Assembly (NCBI GenBank): GCA_021613535.1
Contig: CP075496.1
Coordinates: forward strand, 11,470,001-11,534,000
Length of the DNA stretch: 64,000 nt
Direction: 5' to 3'
Origin: Adineta vaga
Lineage: Eukaryota > Animalia > Rotifera
Shown here: positions 29,802 through 43,317 of the stretch, piece by piece
Numbering within the stretch: position 1 is the first letter of the stretch
Layout: the number at the start of each line of letters is the position of its first letter
Notes under the pieces: generated by a model
What the model was told of the DNA's origin: nothing
Database searches by the model: none
Seen by the model: only the letters and a program-made list of their open reading frames with translations
Made by a program: the position numbers and the translations under genes

Positions 29802-30847
29802 ATGAGTTCTGATTCAATGATTTCCACATTATTGACAATTTCACGTGAAATATTGGTCTATGGAGGTATACTCCTTCTTATCATTGGTACTATTGGCAAT
29901 AGTTTAAATATTATTTTATTTCTTAGTTTAAAAACATTTCGACAAACTTCATCTGTTGTCTATTTAACTGTATCGTCATTTGTTCATATTGGTTTATTAT
30001 TAACAGGTCTTCTCTCACGAATTGTATTCAATGTATTCGACGTTGATTGGACATCAACATCTCCATTTTATTGCAAATTTCGAATGTATTTATTACATTT
30101 TTGTGGATTAAGTTCCTTAATAAGCATATTGTTAGCAATTGTTGATCAATTTTTTGCCACTTCAACTCATGTTCGTTGGCAACAATGGAGTAATATTAAA
30201 GTTAGTAGATATTTGTCGACTATAATGCTTCTTTTCTGGTCTGTTTATTTATGTCCTCATTTGATTTATTTCAATGTAATCGAAACAACTCGTTCAACTT
30301 GTACAATCACTAATCCTATTTATTCGAGATATTATAATGATTTTTTTATACCAGTACTTTGGTTTTTATTACCTTATTTTCTCATTATTTTATTTTGTTT
30401 ATTAACATATCGTAATATTAGACATATTTCTTATCGAACTGTACCATTACTTCGACGTCGAATCGATGAACAATTGACAGTAATGATATTCGTACAAGCA
30501 GTATTTAGTGTTATTATTGCTCTACCTTATATGATTCTCTTAACTGTTGTATCACATATGACATTTACCGCTGATCAATTGACTATAGCTCAATTGCAAT
30601 TGACTCAAAATATAACAATTTGTTTGTATTACATATATCCAGCAGTGAGTAGAGTATTGTTTGTTATTTAAATCAAATAATCAACAACTTCATTTGCATT
30701 TAGTGTCCATTTTATATATACATTTGTGTATCGGAACGATTTCGTCGACAATTACAACATGTATTTATTGGTTTTTGTCGAAATCAATGGAATAAACGAC
30801 GAATTCATACCATAAATCAATTGGAAGCACAACTACAAGAACCTTGA
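29802..30847 (+). CDS. Rhodopsin-like 7TM GPCR (lineage-expanded orphan type), 2 exons
   Basis: IGTIGNSLN (TM1), FYCKFR, AIVDQFFAT (DRY equivalent), seven hydrophobic helices. Exon 2 encodes CPFYIYICVSERFRRQL; stop at 30845-30847. Confidence 0.88.
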
Positions 30848-31184
30848 TCATCGAGAATATAACTATGACTAGTTTTGTTTACTTTTTGGTATTGTTGTAA
30901 TCGCTGTATTGAATAAAAAGAAAGAAGAAGCAAAGTTCGTTATGAAATATATGACTGCATTAGTTCTCTATCTTGTATAAACCATCCTGATGTTCTTCTT
31001 ATTGTTGTTATCGATACTTTTCTTCCTATGACATCCTTAGATATATAATATGGATTCGACCAGAATATGCAATTGTTTATTTATATCACGTACACATTAA
31101 TTCTACGATAGAAATAGTTTTTAGAAGTATTTTTCTTCTATTTTTGAACGTCGAGTAAGTATTTATTATTATAAATTGTATACA

Positions 31185-32794
31185 ATGCCAATTCGTCCAC
31201 CCAATATTCTCATACTTATGGCCGATCAATTAACGGCAGGAATACTACGTGTATACGGAAATCGTGTATCTAAAACACCTCACATTGATACTTTAGCTAA
31301 CAACGGTGTCGTTTTCAATTCAGCTTATTGTAATAGTCCATTGTGTGCTCCATCGCGTACAGTTTTTATGACTGGTCGACTTCCATCAAATACAGGTGTA
31401 TACGATAATGCAGCAGAATTTCCTAGTCAATCACCAACATTTGCTCATTATTTACGAAATGCTGGTTATCGTACGATTCTCGCTGGTAAAATGCATTTCT
31501 GTGGTCCTGATCAATTGCATGGTTTTGAAGAACGTTTAACAACTGATATTTATCCAGCTGATTACGGTTGGACACCCGATTGGACTCGTTTTGAATATCG
31601 TCCCGAATGGTATCATAATATGGATAGTGTCTCACAAGCAGGTCCATGTACACGAACAAATCAACTAGATTTCGATGAAGAAGTTGCTGTAGCTGCTCGA
31701 CAACGTTTATTTGATTTAGCACGTCTACGTAAACATCAACAACGACCCTTTTGTCTAGTTGTTTCATTTACACATCCACATGATCCATTTACTATTCATG
31801 AAACTTATTGGAATCGTTATAAAGACGATGAAATCGATATGCCACAAGTTTCTCAACCTGCTATGGATGCACATTCTCGACGTTTACGACATGTTATTGG
31901 CATGAATTCTCAGCGGATAACAGCAACACAAATACATGCAGCTCGACGAGCATATTATGGTGCTGTATCGTATATTGATGATCAACTTGGTGCATTACAA
32001 CAAACATTATATGATACAAAATTTGCTGATAATACTATCATTATACTTCTTTCTGATCATGGTGAAATGCTTGGTGAACATGGTCTTTGGTATAAAATGA
32101 GTTTTTTTGAAGTACAATAATTTATTTGATTGATCTTCTCATTCGAAATCTATCTGCAATGTTGAATTCATTTTAGGGAGCATCCCGTATACCAATGATT
32201 ATTCATTGTCCACAACATTTCCGTTCGCGACATATTCAACAACCGGTATCAATAGCAGATATTCTTCCGACACTGGTAGAATTAGCAGGTGATGGACAAC
32301 AAGTATCTCAATATATTACACCAATTGATGGTCATAGTTTATTATCACATTTAACAGGAACAAACAATGATTTAAATAATGAAACAAGTGTAAAAGGTGA
32401 ATACTTAGCCGAAGGTGCTATCGCACCCATTGTTATGCTTCGACGTAATCGTTTTAAATTTATTCATTCACCTGTTGATCCTGATCAGCTATTTGATCTT
32501 CAAAATGATCCTCATGAACTACATAATATTGCTGGTGAACACAATGATCTCGTATCTACTTTTCGTTCTGAAACTTATCATCATTGGGGCGATTTACAAT
32601 TATTACATGAACAAGTTCTAGATAGCCAACGTCGACGAAGATTTGTAGCTAAAGCACTTACAACAGGTACTCATACAGCATGGGATTGGCAACCAGTGCG
32701 TGATGCGCGTAGTATGTATGTTCGTAGTCATATTCCACTTGATGATATAGAAGCTATGGCACGTTTTCCTTCTGTACCAAAATCAATCATTTAA
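31185..32794 (+). CDS. betC: Choline-sulfatase, bacterial BetC type, with one 65-nt intron (32112-32176)
   Basis: PNILILMADQL, CNSPLCAPSR (CxPxR formylglycine motif), GKMHFCGPDQLHGFEERLTTDIYPADYGWTPDW, SFTHPHDP, SDHGEMLGEHGLWYKMSFFE|GASRIP, and C-terminal WDWQP...YVRSH..LDDIEAMARFP. Confidence 0.93.
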
Positions 32795-33064
32795 TTAAAT
32801 AATAGTTTATTCAGAAACAGTCGACATTCATTATTGCACGAACCATTTTTTCTTAAGAATATTAACTAGCTCTTCTTACTTGTATGAAACATATAGATTG
32901 GTTTTAGAATTTATATTATATGTCTATTAATCGATAAAGATTTTGATCATAGTCATTTTATTTCTTTTATACTTTGTCTTTTAGAGAAAAAAAAGTAATG
33001 ATTTATCAAAAATAAAAAGTTTCGAAAATATATAGTCGTTTATCAAAAATAATTAAATAATAAC

Positions 33065-34534
33065 TCATTCTTCTTCTTCTTCTTCTTCCTCTTCAGTTTC
33101 ATCGAAGAGTCCAAGTGTTTGAGTATTTGATGCTACTTGTTCTTTGTGTTTGGCATCACGTCGTTCAGTTGATTGACATATTATATCAATCATTAATTCT
33201 TTATCAAGTTCAGTAAATTCTTTTCGTTTACAAATTTCATTGAGATTTTCAGCACATATATTATAAATACACTTCAATAGTATATCGAACGCCGGTGACA
33301 TTTTCTTTACAAAACAATAAACCGTTAAAACTAAATCATGATTTACACGTAAATGATCACCAATATGTTCCATAGCTGCAGTTTTGCTGATAAAAGATTG
33401 ATTTTATTAGTATACACCATTGCTTCCATTGAAATTTCATAAGATATTTTCGATGGATATTTACCTGTATAGATAAAATATAAAACTGCACGGAATATGT
33501 CATGTTTAATATCAGTTAATTCAATTGGTTTAATTTGAGATTTTTCACTGAAATCATTTAATAATAATGAACGAAAATATTGACTACGAAAACAGAGAAT
33601 GTTGCGATGAGCATGAACGATTTTATCATCAATAAGAAATTGAATGTCAGTATGAATTTTTTTATGAGCTTGTTCGTATAATTCGATCATTGAGGTTGAT
33701 AATGATTTTTGATGTAGATTAACATCGAATACCTTTGAACCGAGTAGTTCTATCAAATGAGAAAATAGCAGATTGTAAGATGAATGAAATTTTGCTAGTT
33801 ACTAATAGCTTGAATGCCTATTTGATCAGTATATGTTGGGTCAATTGTAAGACGAATGGTATTCGATTGAAGACGATATCGTCGTAACAATGGTATAAAA
33901 ATATTATGTTCTGCTAATGATTTTACTGCAGAAGTTTTTCTTTGCCACATCGTCCACCAAATATCTGAATAATCAAGAAAATTGTCAACAAGACGTTGAT
34001 TTCTTCGAAAAAAATGAATATATGTGTGTTTGTAAGCTTCGACAAAATCTTTTTCTCATTTTGCTGTGAAAGGCAAAATTTGTCTAGGAATATGTCTTAC
34101 TTCGTGAAACTTCTAACATTTCTAATTTTATAATACTGCCTGGATGGAGACTTTCATAAATTTGAATTTGATCAATAAATATCGATGTTTCAAATGAAAC
34201 AATTAATGATTCTTGTCGATTATTATTTGGTAATATCCATCCATATTTTGTTTTATTTTGATCACCAAAATCAGCGTCTGTTGCTTGACATAATTTTTCA
34301 ATACCGGTATTCTTCGTCACGGCTTGATCACATTTCGAATTCACTGAACAAAATTCAATGAATTTAACCCATTGTTCAATATTAGCTGAACTGTTAGTAA
34401 CCGTAACCTAAAAAGTTGATAATAAATTTCAATTAGTTTCATGATTTCAATACCACTTCTTCAATTTCTTCAATTACTTCATCTTCTATATCTTCGAAAT
34501 TTGAAGATGACGATGTTTCATCTGATGTCGACAT
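33065..34534 (-). CDS. BTB/POZ protein with an N-terminal FBXL4-like beta-sandwich domain; apparent 1-bp frameshift at about 33382-33385
   Basis: BTB: TDIQFLIDDKIVHAHRNILCFRSQYFRSLL. N-domain: IEQWVKF...IQIYESLHPGSII...WWTMWQ...SNTIRLTID. The frame changes at an A4 run with no intron available there. Confidence 0.75.
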
Positions 34535-35409
34535 TGATATTGTTTTATATTTCAATTTTTAAATTGTAATTTCAATGAACAAGCAAATTAAATTAACATG
34601 ATAATTGTGCAATAGTATTGCAATGCAATTGCAAAGAAACGAATGGTTCATTTTACTACAACTGATCTACCAATCAATATCGTTTACTCGATAGTTGTCA
34701 CTAATAAAAAACCTTGGTACAACGTTTTTTTTTCGTTCTGTTCGTCGTTGCAAAATGTGTCTGTTTACTTTTCTTATCATCACTGAAATATTTCATTACG
34801 ATAGTGAAGTTTAGATACATGATGACAAGCAAGACAACAGAAAATAAATAAATAAATAATAAGGTTGCGATGGTAATCTGTTAAGAATCGTGAGGAAAAG
34901 ACAAACACAAAGATCAATTATTGACCTCAACTTTAATTTGTGAATACATATATTTGTATGGTCATTTTTAAAAATCTTAATATTAGTAATTTAATTCAAT
35001 TATTTATATTAAAAAGAAATGATTTAAACTAATTATTATTTAAGGTAAACTTTTACTTTTTTGTTGTGTTCTTTTTCTAGTAAATATTTCTTTTTCACAT
35101 GTGATTTAGATTCTTTTAAAACATGTAGAGAGTAGTTTCTATAACGAATGAAATTCGAATTCAAAAATATGAACAGAACGACAAGATCGTATGAACACTT
35201 ATTATATATTCATTTATTCTTTTTACTTTCATACAACAGTTAATTTGTAGGAAAAAAAAGGAAATTTTCTCGGAGGAAAAATATACATTGAGTCGTACAA
35301 TTGTTTACTTTTAAATTCTTTCTCTTTTTCTTTCATTTCTATATTTATCCAGCTAGATTCGAAATCTTTTTCAAAATAATCTTATATGTTTGATTTAATA
35401 TTTTTAGAA

Positions 35410-38400
35410 ATGGAAGAACGTGATGGTAAAAAACCATTTATCATACCTAAAACTCATACATCGAATAAAGGTAAATACGAAATAATTAACGATATAGAAA
35501 ATGATTTATTTCTTTTTCTTTTTTTTTATAGATGTTGTTATTTCTGAGAAACCTGATAGTCGAAATGTTATAGAATTATTTGAAGATATAAAATCCTATG
35601 CATTGGAAGCTCATTTCGATTTTCGACAGAATAGTTGCAAATCTTGTGATACAATTCGTAATCAAAAACTACAGAAATTATACAAGTAGAAAAGACAAAC
35701 TGAAACTATTTAATCATGATACTATATCTTTGATTTTCTAGTGAAAAACGATTGAAAATGAAAAAAGAACAGGATCCTGTTGAACGATTAGCTTTTCATC
35801 TAGTGACTTATCGTGATGTTGCATCAAGTGTTGCCAATGATGGTCTACGTTGTGAACAATTATCATTTCCAATTGACAAACTTCTTGGTATAATTTAATG
35901 ACATCATATTAAATGAAAATTGACCGTTTCTTTCCTACTATTTATTTATATTGTATAGGTAATCCAAAAGATGGTGTACATTTATCGAAACGTCCAGATG
36001 TACTTCTAACATCATCAGGTGCTCAAGGATTGTATAGATTTGGATTAGTTGTTTGTAAAGTACGATGATTTCATAGAATTTCTCGATCTATAATGTATAC
36101 ATATTTCTTTAGGTTCTCTTGGGCAAAGGCTATCCAACTATACCGTCAACAACTAATAATCAATTAGTAGCACAAGTCAATTATGATCATCATTTCTGTA
36201 AAATTCAATCCATCAATAAAGAACAACATCATATTGATGATCTATTAGCGAATTCTTTAGTAAGTTAATTAGTCTCATACTGATGACAAGCCATTTCATT
36301 TTGTTTTATTTAAGATTTTCTGTTATGACCATGAAAATTTCGAACCTGTTTCTCATCCACCTCAAATCTTACCAATTGCAATTCTCTGGTATGATCTTAC
36401 CGAAAAATTTCTACCAGAATTGATATCTACAAACATATCAAAATCAATATTAAATCAAGAATCTAAAAAATGTAACAGAAAGATTCTCAATGGACGAGCG
36501 ACAATCAATACTAAAATATCTAAATCAACTTCTTCAGTTTCAACTAAATCTATTACATCTAATTCGGGTGCTTGGGGAGAACCTATTCAAAACACAACAA
36601 TTTCCGAACCAGTACCGACTTCAAATGTAACAGAATGTTCAGTAATTCCAACAACAAAATATCCTAGCCATTTAATGGTACCATATAATCGAGTTTATTC
36701 TGCTCCAGCTCTTTCTGTATCTACAAATATTGAAGAGGCATCAATGAATCCTCCTCCAACAAGACAGACTTCTCGAGATCCTCGTCTATCACGTACCAAA
36801 CGTGAAACAACATCTCTTTCTTCAGAAACAATTCCATTATCTCCACAGAATTTACTTTCCGAACGATCATTGTCTGATAGTTCATCAACAACAACGAAAT
36901 CATTGCAATCTTTATCAGATGAACCTATCTTAATCACGAAAAGTTCTTCATTAATCTACATTCCTTTAAATTCTTCGTTATTATTAATTGATCCTCGTTT
37001 GAAGATTTTAAAACAAACACGAAATATTTTCTATTTGGAATTACAAGCCGTGAAACATGCTTTACAACAACAAAAACGTTTGAATCATTATCATAATTTT
37101 AAAAGTGGCTTACCACCTAAAACAAACTATACACTCATACCATATCAAATGCGTGAAGTATCCAATGACGAATATGAACATCTATTAAATGATTCTAGTA
37201 ATACATATAAACTTAATAAACATTCAAATGGTATTGATTATTCAGCAATACGCATCTCTGTTGTTGATTGTTTCAATTTTGGATTAATGAAATCATCATC
37301 ATCAGCTAATTCGATGTATATCGATTTAGAACAGAATGAAAATAAAGTAGCTTTTGAACAAATTGAAATGTCAAATGAATTAATTCAACGCGAAAAACAA
37401 TTGAATTCTCAACAAATACGTTTACGTTTACGTGAAAAACGACAACGACGAATTCAACAACAATTTAATGAAAAAACCAATCTGGATAAACATAATTTGA
37501 AAACATCACTTCTTAGTCCATCATCATTATTAGCAAATTCAAAATCATATATTGCAACAGGCAAAAAATTATTAAAAGAACATAAAATTTCAGCGGTGCC
37601 ATCAAATGCACTTGTACCAACAGACTTATTAGATTTTTTTTCACACGAATATAAAACTGAAACACGTTCACATGTGAAACAATTACTTGCTGAACTTGTC
37701 GGTATTTTTATTGAAAAATATCAAATTAATTCAAATCTAATTGAAGGTATATTTTCAAAAAAAAAAGAAACAATTTTCTCTATTTTTCTTTCGAAGAACC
37801 TCATGTTGACAATCAAACGATTGTTTCTGTTATCGATATGGATCTTGATTCACCGTCATCTCAAGGATTATGTGATCATGATGAACGTTTTCGTATACCT
37901 TCGCCACCTCCACACCCACCATTGCCACAACCTATAACATTACCACCATTACCATCTACGATTGAATCCATTGTGAATCAATCAATGTTTTCTGTAGCTC
38001 TGATACCTACTCTCCCGAGTGAACCAAATAAAACATTTGATGATCCAAGTTACAATGATCGTTGTCATAAATTATTAGAACAATTAAAACAACATACGAA
38101 AAACGAAACGAAAGCGTCACATTTACATATACCAGCAAAATCAGTAACAAATATTTCTTCAGAAGAAGCTATTTTCAGTGCATGTCTTGGACAGTTAGAA
38201 GTATCATCAAGTGAGAATAGTTCGTTGGATGATAATCAATCACCACATGAAAATGAAGATATTCAAGATGAAGAAAATATTCTTATACCTACATTACAAG
38301 ATCCTACGATGAATATCTATGATGATACCATTCGATCACGCGATGAATTTGTAAAATTATTAACTAAAGAAGCTTATATATCGAAATCATCGAGTCCTGC

Positions 38401-40368
38401 TAAAGATGAAAATAAACAAAAAGATTCTCATGATTATTCAAATCAACGTAGACGATCACATGATGATCATGATAATGAAGGCAAACATATAACTTCTTCT
38501 GACCGTGCATCACATTCATTGAATAAGAAAACTCAGTAAGATATTTTTCAGAATATTATTATGCATTCTTTTTTGTTTTATATAATAGACATGCAAATCA
38601 CCAGAGAAAAAGCTTTCTTCAACTCGAACAGTAACTCTCATTTCCAATCAAACAACAATATCAACAGAAAATCATACTGTAAAAAAGGAAATTGATGAAT
38701 CAATCGATACACTTAATGATGTACTAGATGAACCAACGCATAAACGTATGAAAATGGATTCAATTTCTTTACCATCACCACCGATCGATGAAGTGAATAA
38801 ACAAACAGTAACAGATTCAAATGATTTAGGTGTAAATTCAAGTATTACAGTTTCGATTGTTAATACTGTTCATGATTATCGACATGATCTCAATGGAAAA
38901 CTACGAACTTCATCTAGAACAAATTCTATTGTACATTTAACGGATAATTCCAAAGCTAAATCATCAGGTTCTCGTTCTCGTTCTCGTTCGCGTTCATCAT
39001 CAAAAGATCAGCATCGTCAGCAGCGATATCGATCACCATCATACAATTCTTCAAATAAACCTAGTAGAATTTCATCAGATTCCAATAAAAGATCAAGAAA
39101 TTATTCACCATTATCATCTTCATCTTCATCATCACGATCATCCTTACATGATAATCATCGTCGTTCACAACAAAGAGCAAATCGAACTGATTATTCATCA
39201 GAACGAAAACGATCCTTTGAATTATCCAATCGTCACCATTACCAATCTTCGAAACACTTATCCAATCGACATGAATTATTCAATGATAAATCTTATCATA
39301 ATCCTCTATCAAACATATATCCCCAACGAAGTGTAAATGATTTAATTCCACCAAATAATGTACATCATCTGTCACAACAACAACCAGTACGTCATAAAAG
39401 GTTTAATTATAATCATCAATCCGTTGCCGATCATCCACGTTTTGCTAATACAAATCCATTATCATCTCCAGCATCAATAATAGATAATAATTATCCAAAA
39501 TCACCACCACATTGTCGTCAACGACACAGTCCTTCACCCGTTGCCATGGTTGATCGAAAGTAAGAATAGGAAATAACGTTAATTTTTACGAGTAGAAAAT
39601 ATATTACTCAATAAGATCTCGTTCTTTTTTATTCGAAAACTTTATCATATTGCTTAGTCTATAGAATAGTTCATCTACTATAATAATATTTAGACAAATC
39701 TCATATCCAATACGATACAAAAAACAAACTTATATAAAACTTTTTTTCATGTGATTTCTTTTTCTAATCTTTTAATTTAGAATATATCATTATACCATTT
39801 TACATTCCGCTCGAACTCATAAATAGAAAACCAAAGGCGATGAACGTAAATGTATGTATTGCATTTGTATTCATATACAAATCTTGTTTTGTAATTTCGA
39901 TTCGTAAAACAAAAATGATTTAAATCAGTAAGAATAATTATTACAGTATAGTAGTTTCTTTTTTGCGTAGATAAAGCTTTACAAGATTTCTATGATTAAT
40001 AGAAAGCATGTTTATTAATAAACTTCTTTTGTTTTTTTTGTAGTGTAAATTCATCGTATAATAAAACTAATTATGTTGATCAAAATGAATCAAAAAAAGT
40101 ATTGTTTTCCAATTGTTTTGATTCGAAACCATCATATACAATTGAATGTTTACAAATGCTTCTACACAATAAAATCAATAGTTCATCTGAGCATTCAACA
40201 GAAACTTCTTCAATAAATGAAACAGTCAAATATTCTTCAACATCATTACAAAATCCTGATCTTTCTCTAAAAGTTAAATCGGATACAATTGTATCAAAAG
40301 CTAACCAAACGTTTTCGAGTAATGATAGTGAAAAATTGATAAATTTGATACAACAATCTAGAAAGTAA
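35410..40368 (+). CDS. DUF3715 (pseudo-PARP) domain protein, TASOR/TEX15 family, with long disordered and RS-rich C-terminus
   Basis: The spliced N-terminus IRNQKLQKLY|NEKRLKMK..ERLAFHLV..VANDGLRC..LL|GNPKDGVHLSKRPDVL..LVVCK|VLLGKG..NYDHHF..|IFCYD..HPPQILPIAILWY matches the recalled TASOR DUF3715 motif order. The 3' end (39563 versus 40368) is uncertain. Confidence 0.75.
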
Positions 40369-41191
40369 TTGATAATTGTATTAATTACTTATTCTCTTTC
40401 ATTTTCTTTTTCTTGACTGTGTTATCGGATTAATCATTTATATTAAATTGATCGATTGGACGAATCCAACGACAGTGAACATAGTCAAAAAAGAATTTTT
40501 TTTTCTTTTGTTTTTCTTTCATTTTGTTCGTTGTGGTAGTTTAGACAAGTATTTGCTTTCCTTGTACGTGTATTGTATCTATTAATGTACAGAAGCGAAA
40601 TATGTATATGCTTGAATATTCATGTAACCGAGTGTTTCAAAAAAAAACCAAACTTGTTATAATAAAATAGTTGATAAAATACCTTCAATTTTGTATTTGA
40701 TGCATCGAGAATTATTCTATTGACCGACATATTTCATAACATTGACATTTCAACTTCACTTGATTAAACAAAGTATCTAGAAGTTCTTTCTTTTTTCTGT
40801 TTCGATTACGTCTCTAAGAACTATCTTGAACATACAAAAAAACATGTGTATCTCAATTAAAAACTTGAGAGGTAAATCACGTAATTTCTTTCAATCCATT
40901 ATTTGTCTTGAGAACGAATCTGTTCAAGTGTTATATTCACAATCATTGAACAAGTGTCAATCTTTTGCATATGTATAGTTCACATCAAGTGATTTTTCTT
41001 CTTTCTTTTCTTGTTCTCTTACTCGATCGACTCAAAGAAAACAAATGGCAGTCAATCAAATTTCATAGATGTATTATGTGTAGGGTGTACATATACGTCG
41101 TAAAATTTACACTATTCTGAAAAGGTTTCTTTATTTTCAAGGTTATTGTAAAAAAAAGTCGAAAAGGTATCTTGAAATACAAGTTCGATTT

Positions 41192-42956
41192 TCATAAGTC
41201 ATTTTGTATAAGTTCAATACATTGAAGTTGATGTGTACCATTAGCAATCAATATTTGATGAGTTCCATGTACTGTTAAAGCTCGTCCAGTATGAGATAAT
41301 TGAACAAATTCTTTTCTTCCATGACGATCAATAATCCATAATTTTTTTCTTCCATTTGTTAAAAAGAATTTTCCTTCATTATTAGCACGAATTTCATGAT
41401 CAATATCACATTCACCTAAATGTATTGTACATAATTCACGTAGATCGGATGTATCACAGAGTGTTAAATGAAAATGTTTTTTATATGTTGAAGAATTAAT
41501 TATTTGTTTAAATTGAAATACTGTTCCAATAAGATTTTCATGTATACAAAATGATGTACTATTATCCGAAAAACGTGAATAATCACTTAGATTAAATACT
41601 TTTATACAATGAAATGTTTTCGGTGAATAAACATGTAATTGACTTAAACGTGGTGTATCCGTCCAAAGCCAAAGAAAATTTCTATCAGCAGATAAACGAA
41701 CATATGACCAATGTTGTGTTAATTGCATTTGTATATCAATTGTTGAACTATCATTATTTGAATCGATTGTACATGTATAAAGACCTCTACGAGTTGCACA
41801 AACAAATTGTGATGAGCCAGGAGAATAGATTAAATCAAGTATAGGATAATGTGGCCATCGGCATGTAATTTCTTTAATTTTTTTATCATATGAAATATCT
41901 CGAACGTAACAAAGTAATTTTAATGTATCACAAAAATAAAGTACATGTTCACCATCACTTGCAATACGATCTACTTCATTTTGTGTTTTGATTGTACCCT
42001 GAGATATATAATGTGTACTTGAATATTGTTCGCTACTAAGACGATTACTTAATTCACTTGTTTCATCCAGTACAGAATAATATTCATCGTCATCAACATT
42101 AGAATTTAATTCAATTAACGAATCTGTTTGTATTTGTTTTGTTGAATAAATATTTTGATTAAGTTCTTCTATTTCAGTATCAACAACAATTTTTTCACTT
42201 TCATTTTCATTCGATTGACTGTAGGAACATTGTGCTGTGATTAATTTACCTGGTATTGATGAAGAAAAGTCTTTGGATGTTGAAGATGAATTTAATAATA
42301 ATTGACAATGTAAATCAAGTCGATTTCGTGGATATGTAAACATCTTTAATTTCATATTCGGTGAAGAAAATATATTGAGTCGATCTTCAAGTTCATTGAT
42401 TTGTTGACGTTGTTTTTCAAATTCAAATAGAATATTTGTTTTTACATTATCATATGTTCGAATATGTCGAGATTTCGTTGTTAATGGTTTGATATTTGTA
42501 ATGATATTTGTTATTGTAATCTACAAATGATTTTTCTTTTTTCTATGTAATAAATTTGAAAAGAGCAAAAAAAGATCTCACTTCAGCATCGAGAAATTGT
42601 TGTTTAACATAATCAATACTTTCATTTCGAAGATTTTGTAGATCAGTGAAAACTTCATCAAAAGCTGAATTAATATTTCTTATACAATGTTGTTCAAATG
42701 TTGCAAGTAATTCACGTTTATTTGAAAATAAATTTGATAATTGTAGAAAACGTTTTTGTACGTCTGAATATTCTTCAATTAATTGACTTGTATGTTTTTC
42801 AAAGCAATCATAACACATAGAGACATGACAATGATCACAAGTGAATGATGATAAACGTTTCTTTCCATTGATTGATGATGTTATTGAACATGTTTGACAA
42901 TACTGATCGGCAGATAGAAATAATTCCGAATGTGTATTTATCATTGTTTGTAACAT
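41192..42956 (-). CDS. B-box-like Zn finger + coiled coil + beta-propeller protein (TRIM/NHL-like architecture), 2 exons
   Basis: CQTC...TCDHCHVSMCYDCFEKH, heptad region, then beta-rich repeats starting IASDGEHVLYF...WPHYPILDLIYS. Confidence 0.7.
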
Positions 42957-43317
42957 TCTTTTTTGAAGTAAATTTACCGTTGAAATTGTTCAAAAAGAAG
43001 AAGAAAAGTAAAGTGTTGCTGTCGTATGAATTTCTTGTTCTCTTACTTGTTTGATTAGTGGGTGGTGGAAGAAAAGAAGAAGAAGAAGAAGAAGTAATAA
43101 AAGAGAAGTGAATAACAACAAAAGTTGGTATAGTCGTAATAATCAACAATTTACATTTGAGTAAAAGAATTTCTTTTCTCATATCCTTTCTGTTCTCTCT
43201 TTTGAAATTAGAATGCAGAAAATTGAATTTTTTACTATTCTATTCGAAGTACAATACAAGAAGAAGAAAAAAAACATTTTATCATATTAAAAAGAATATT
43301 TTAACACGATATGAAAA

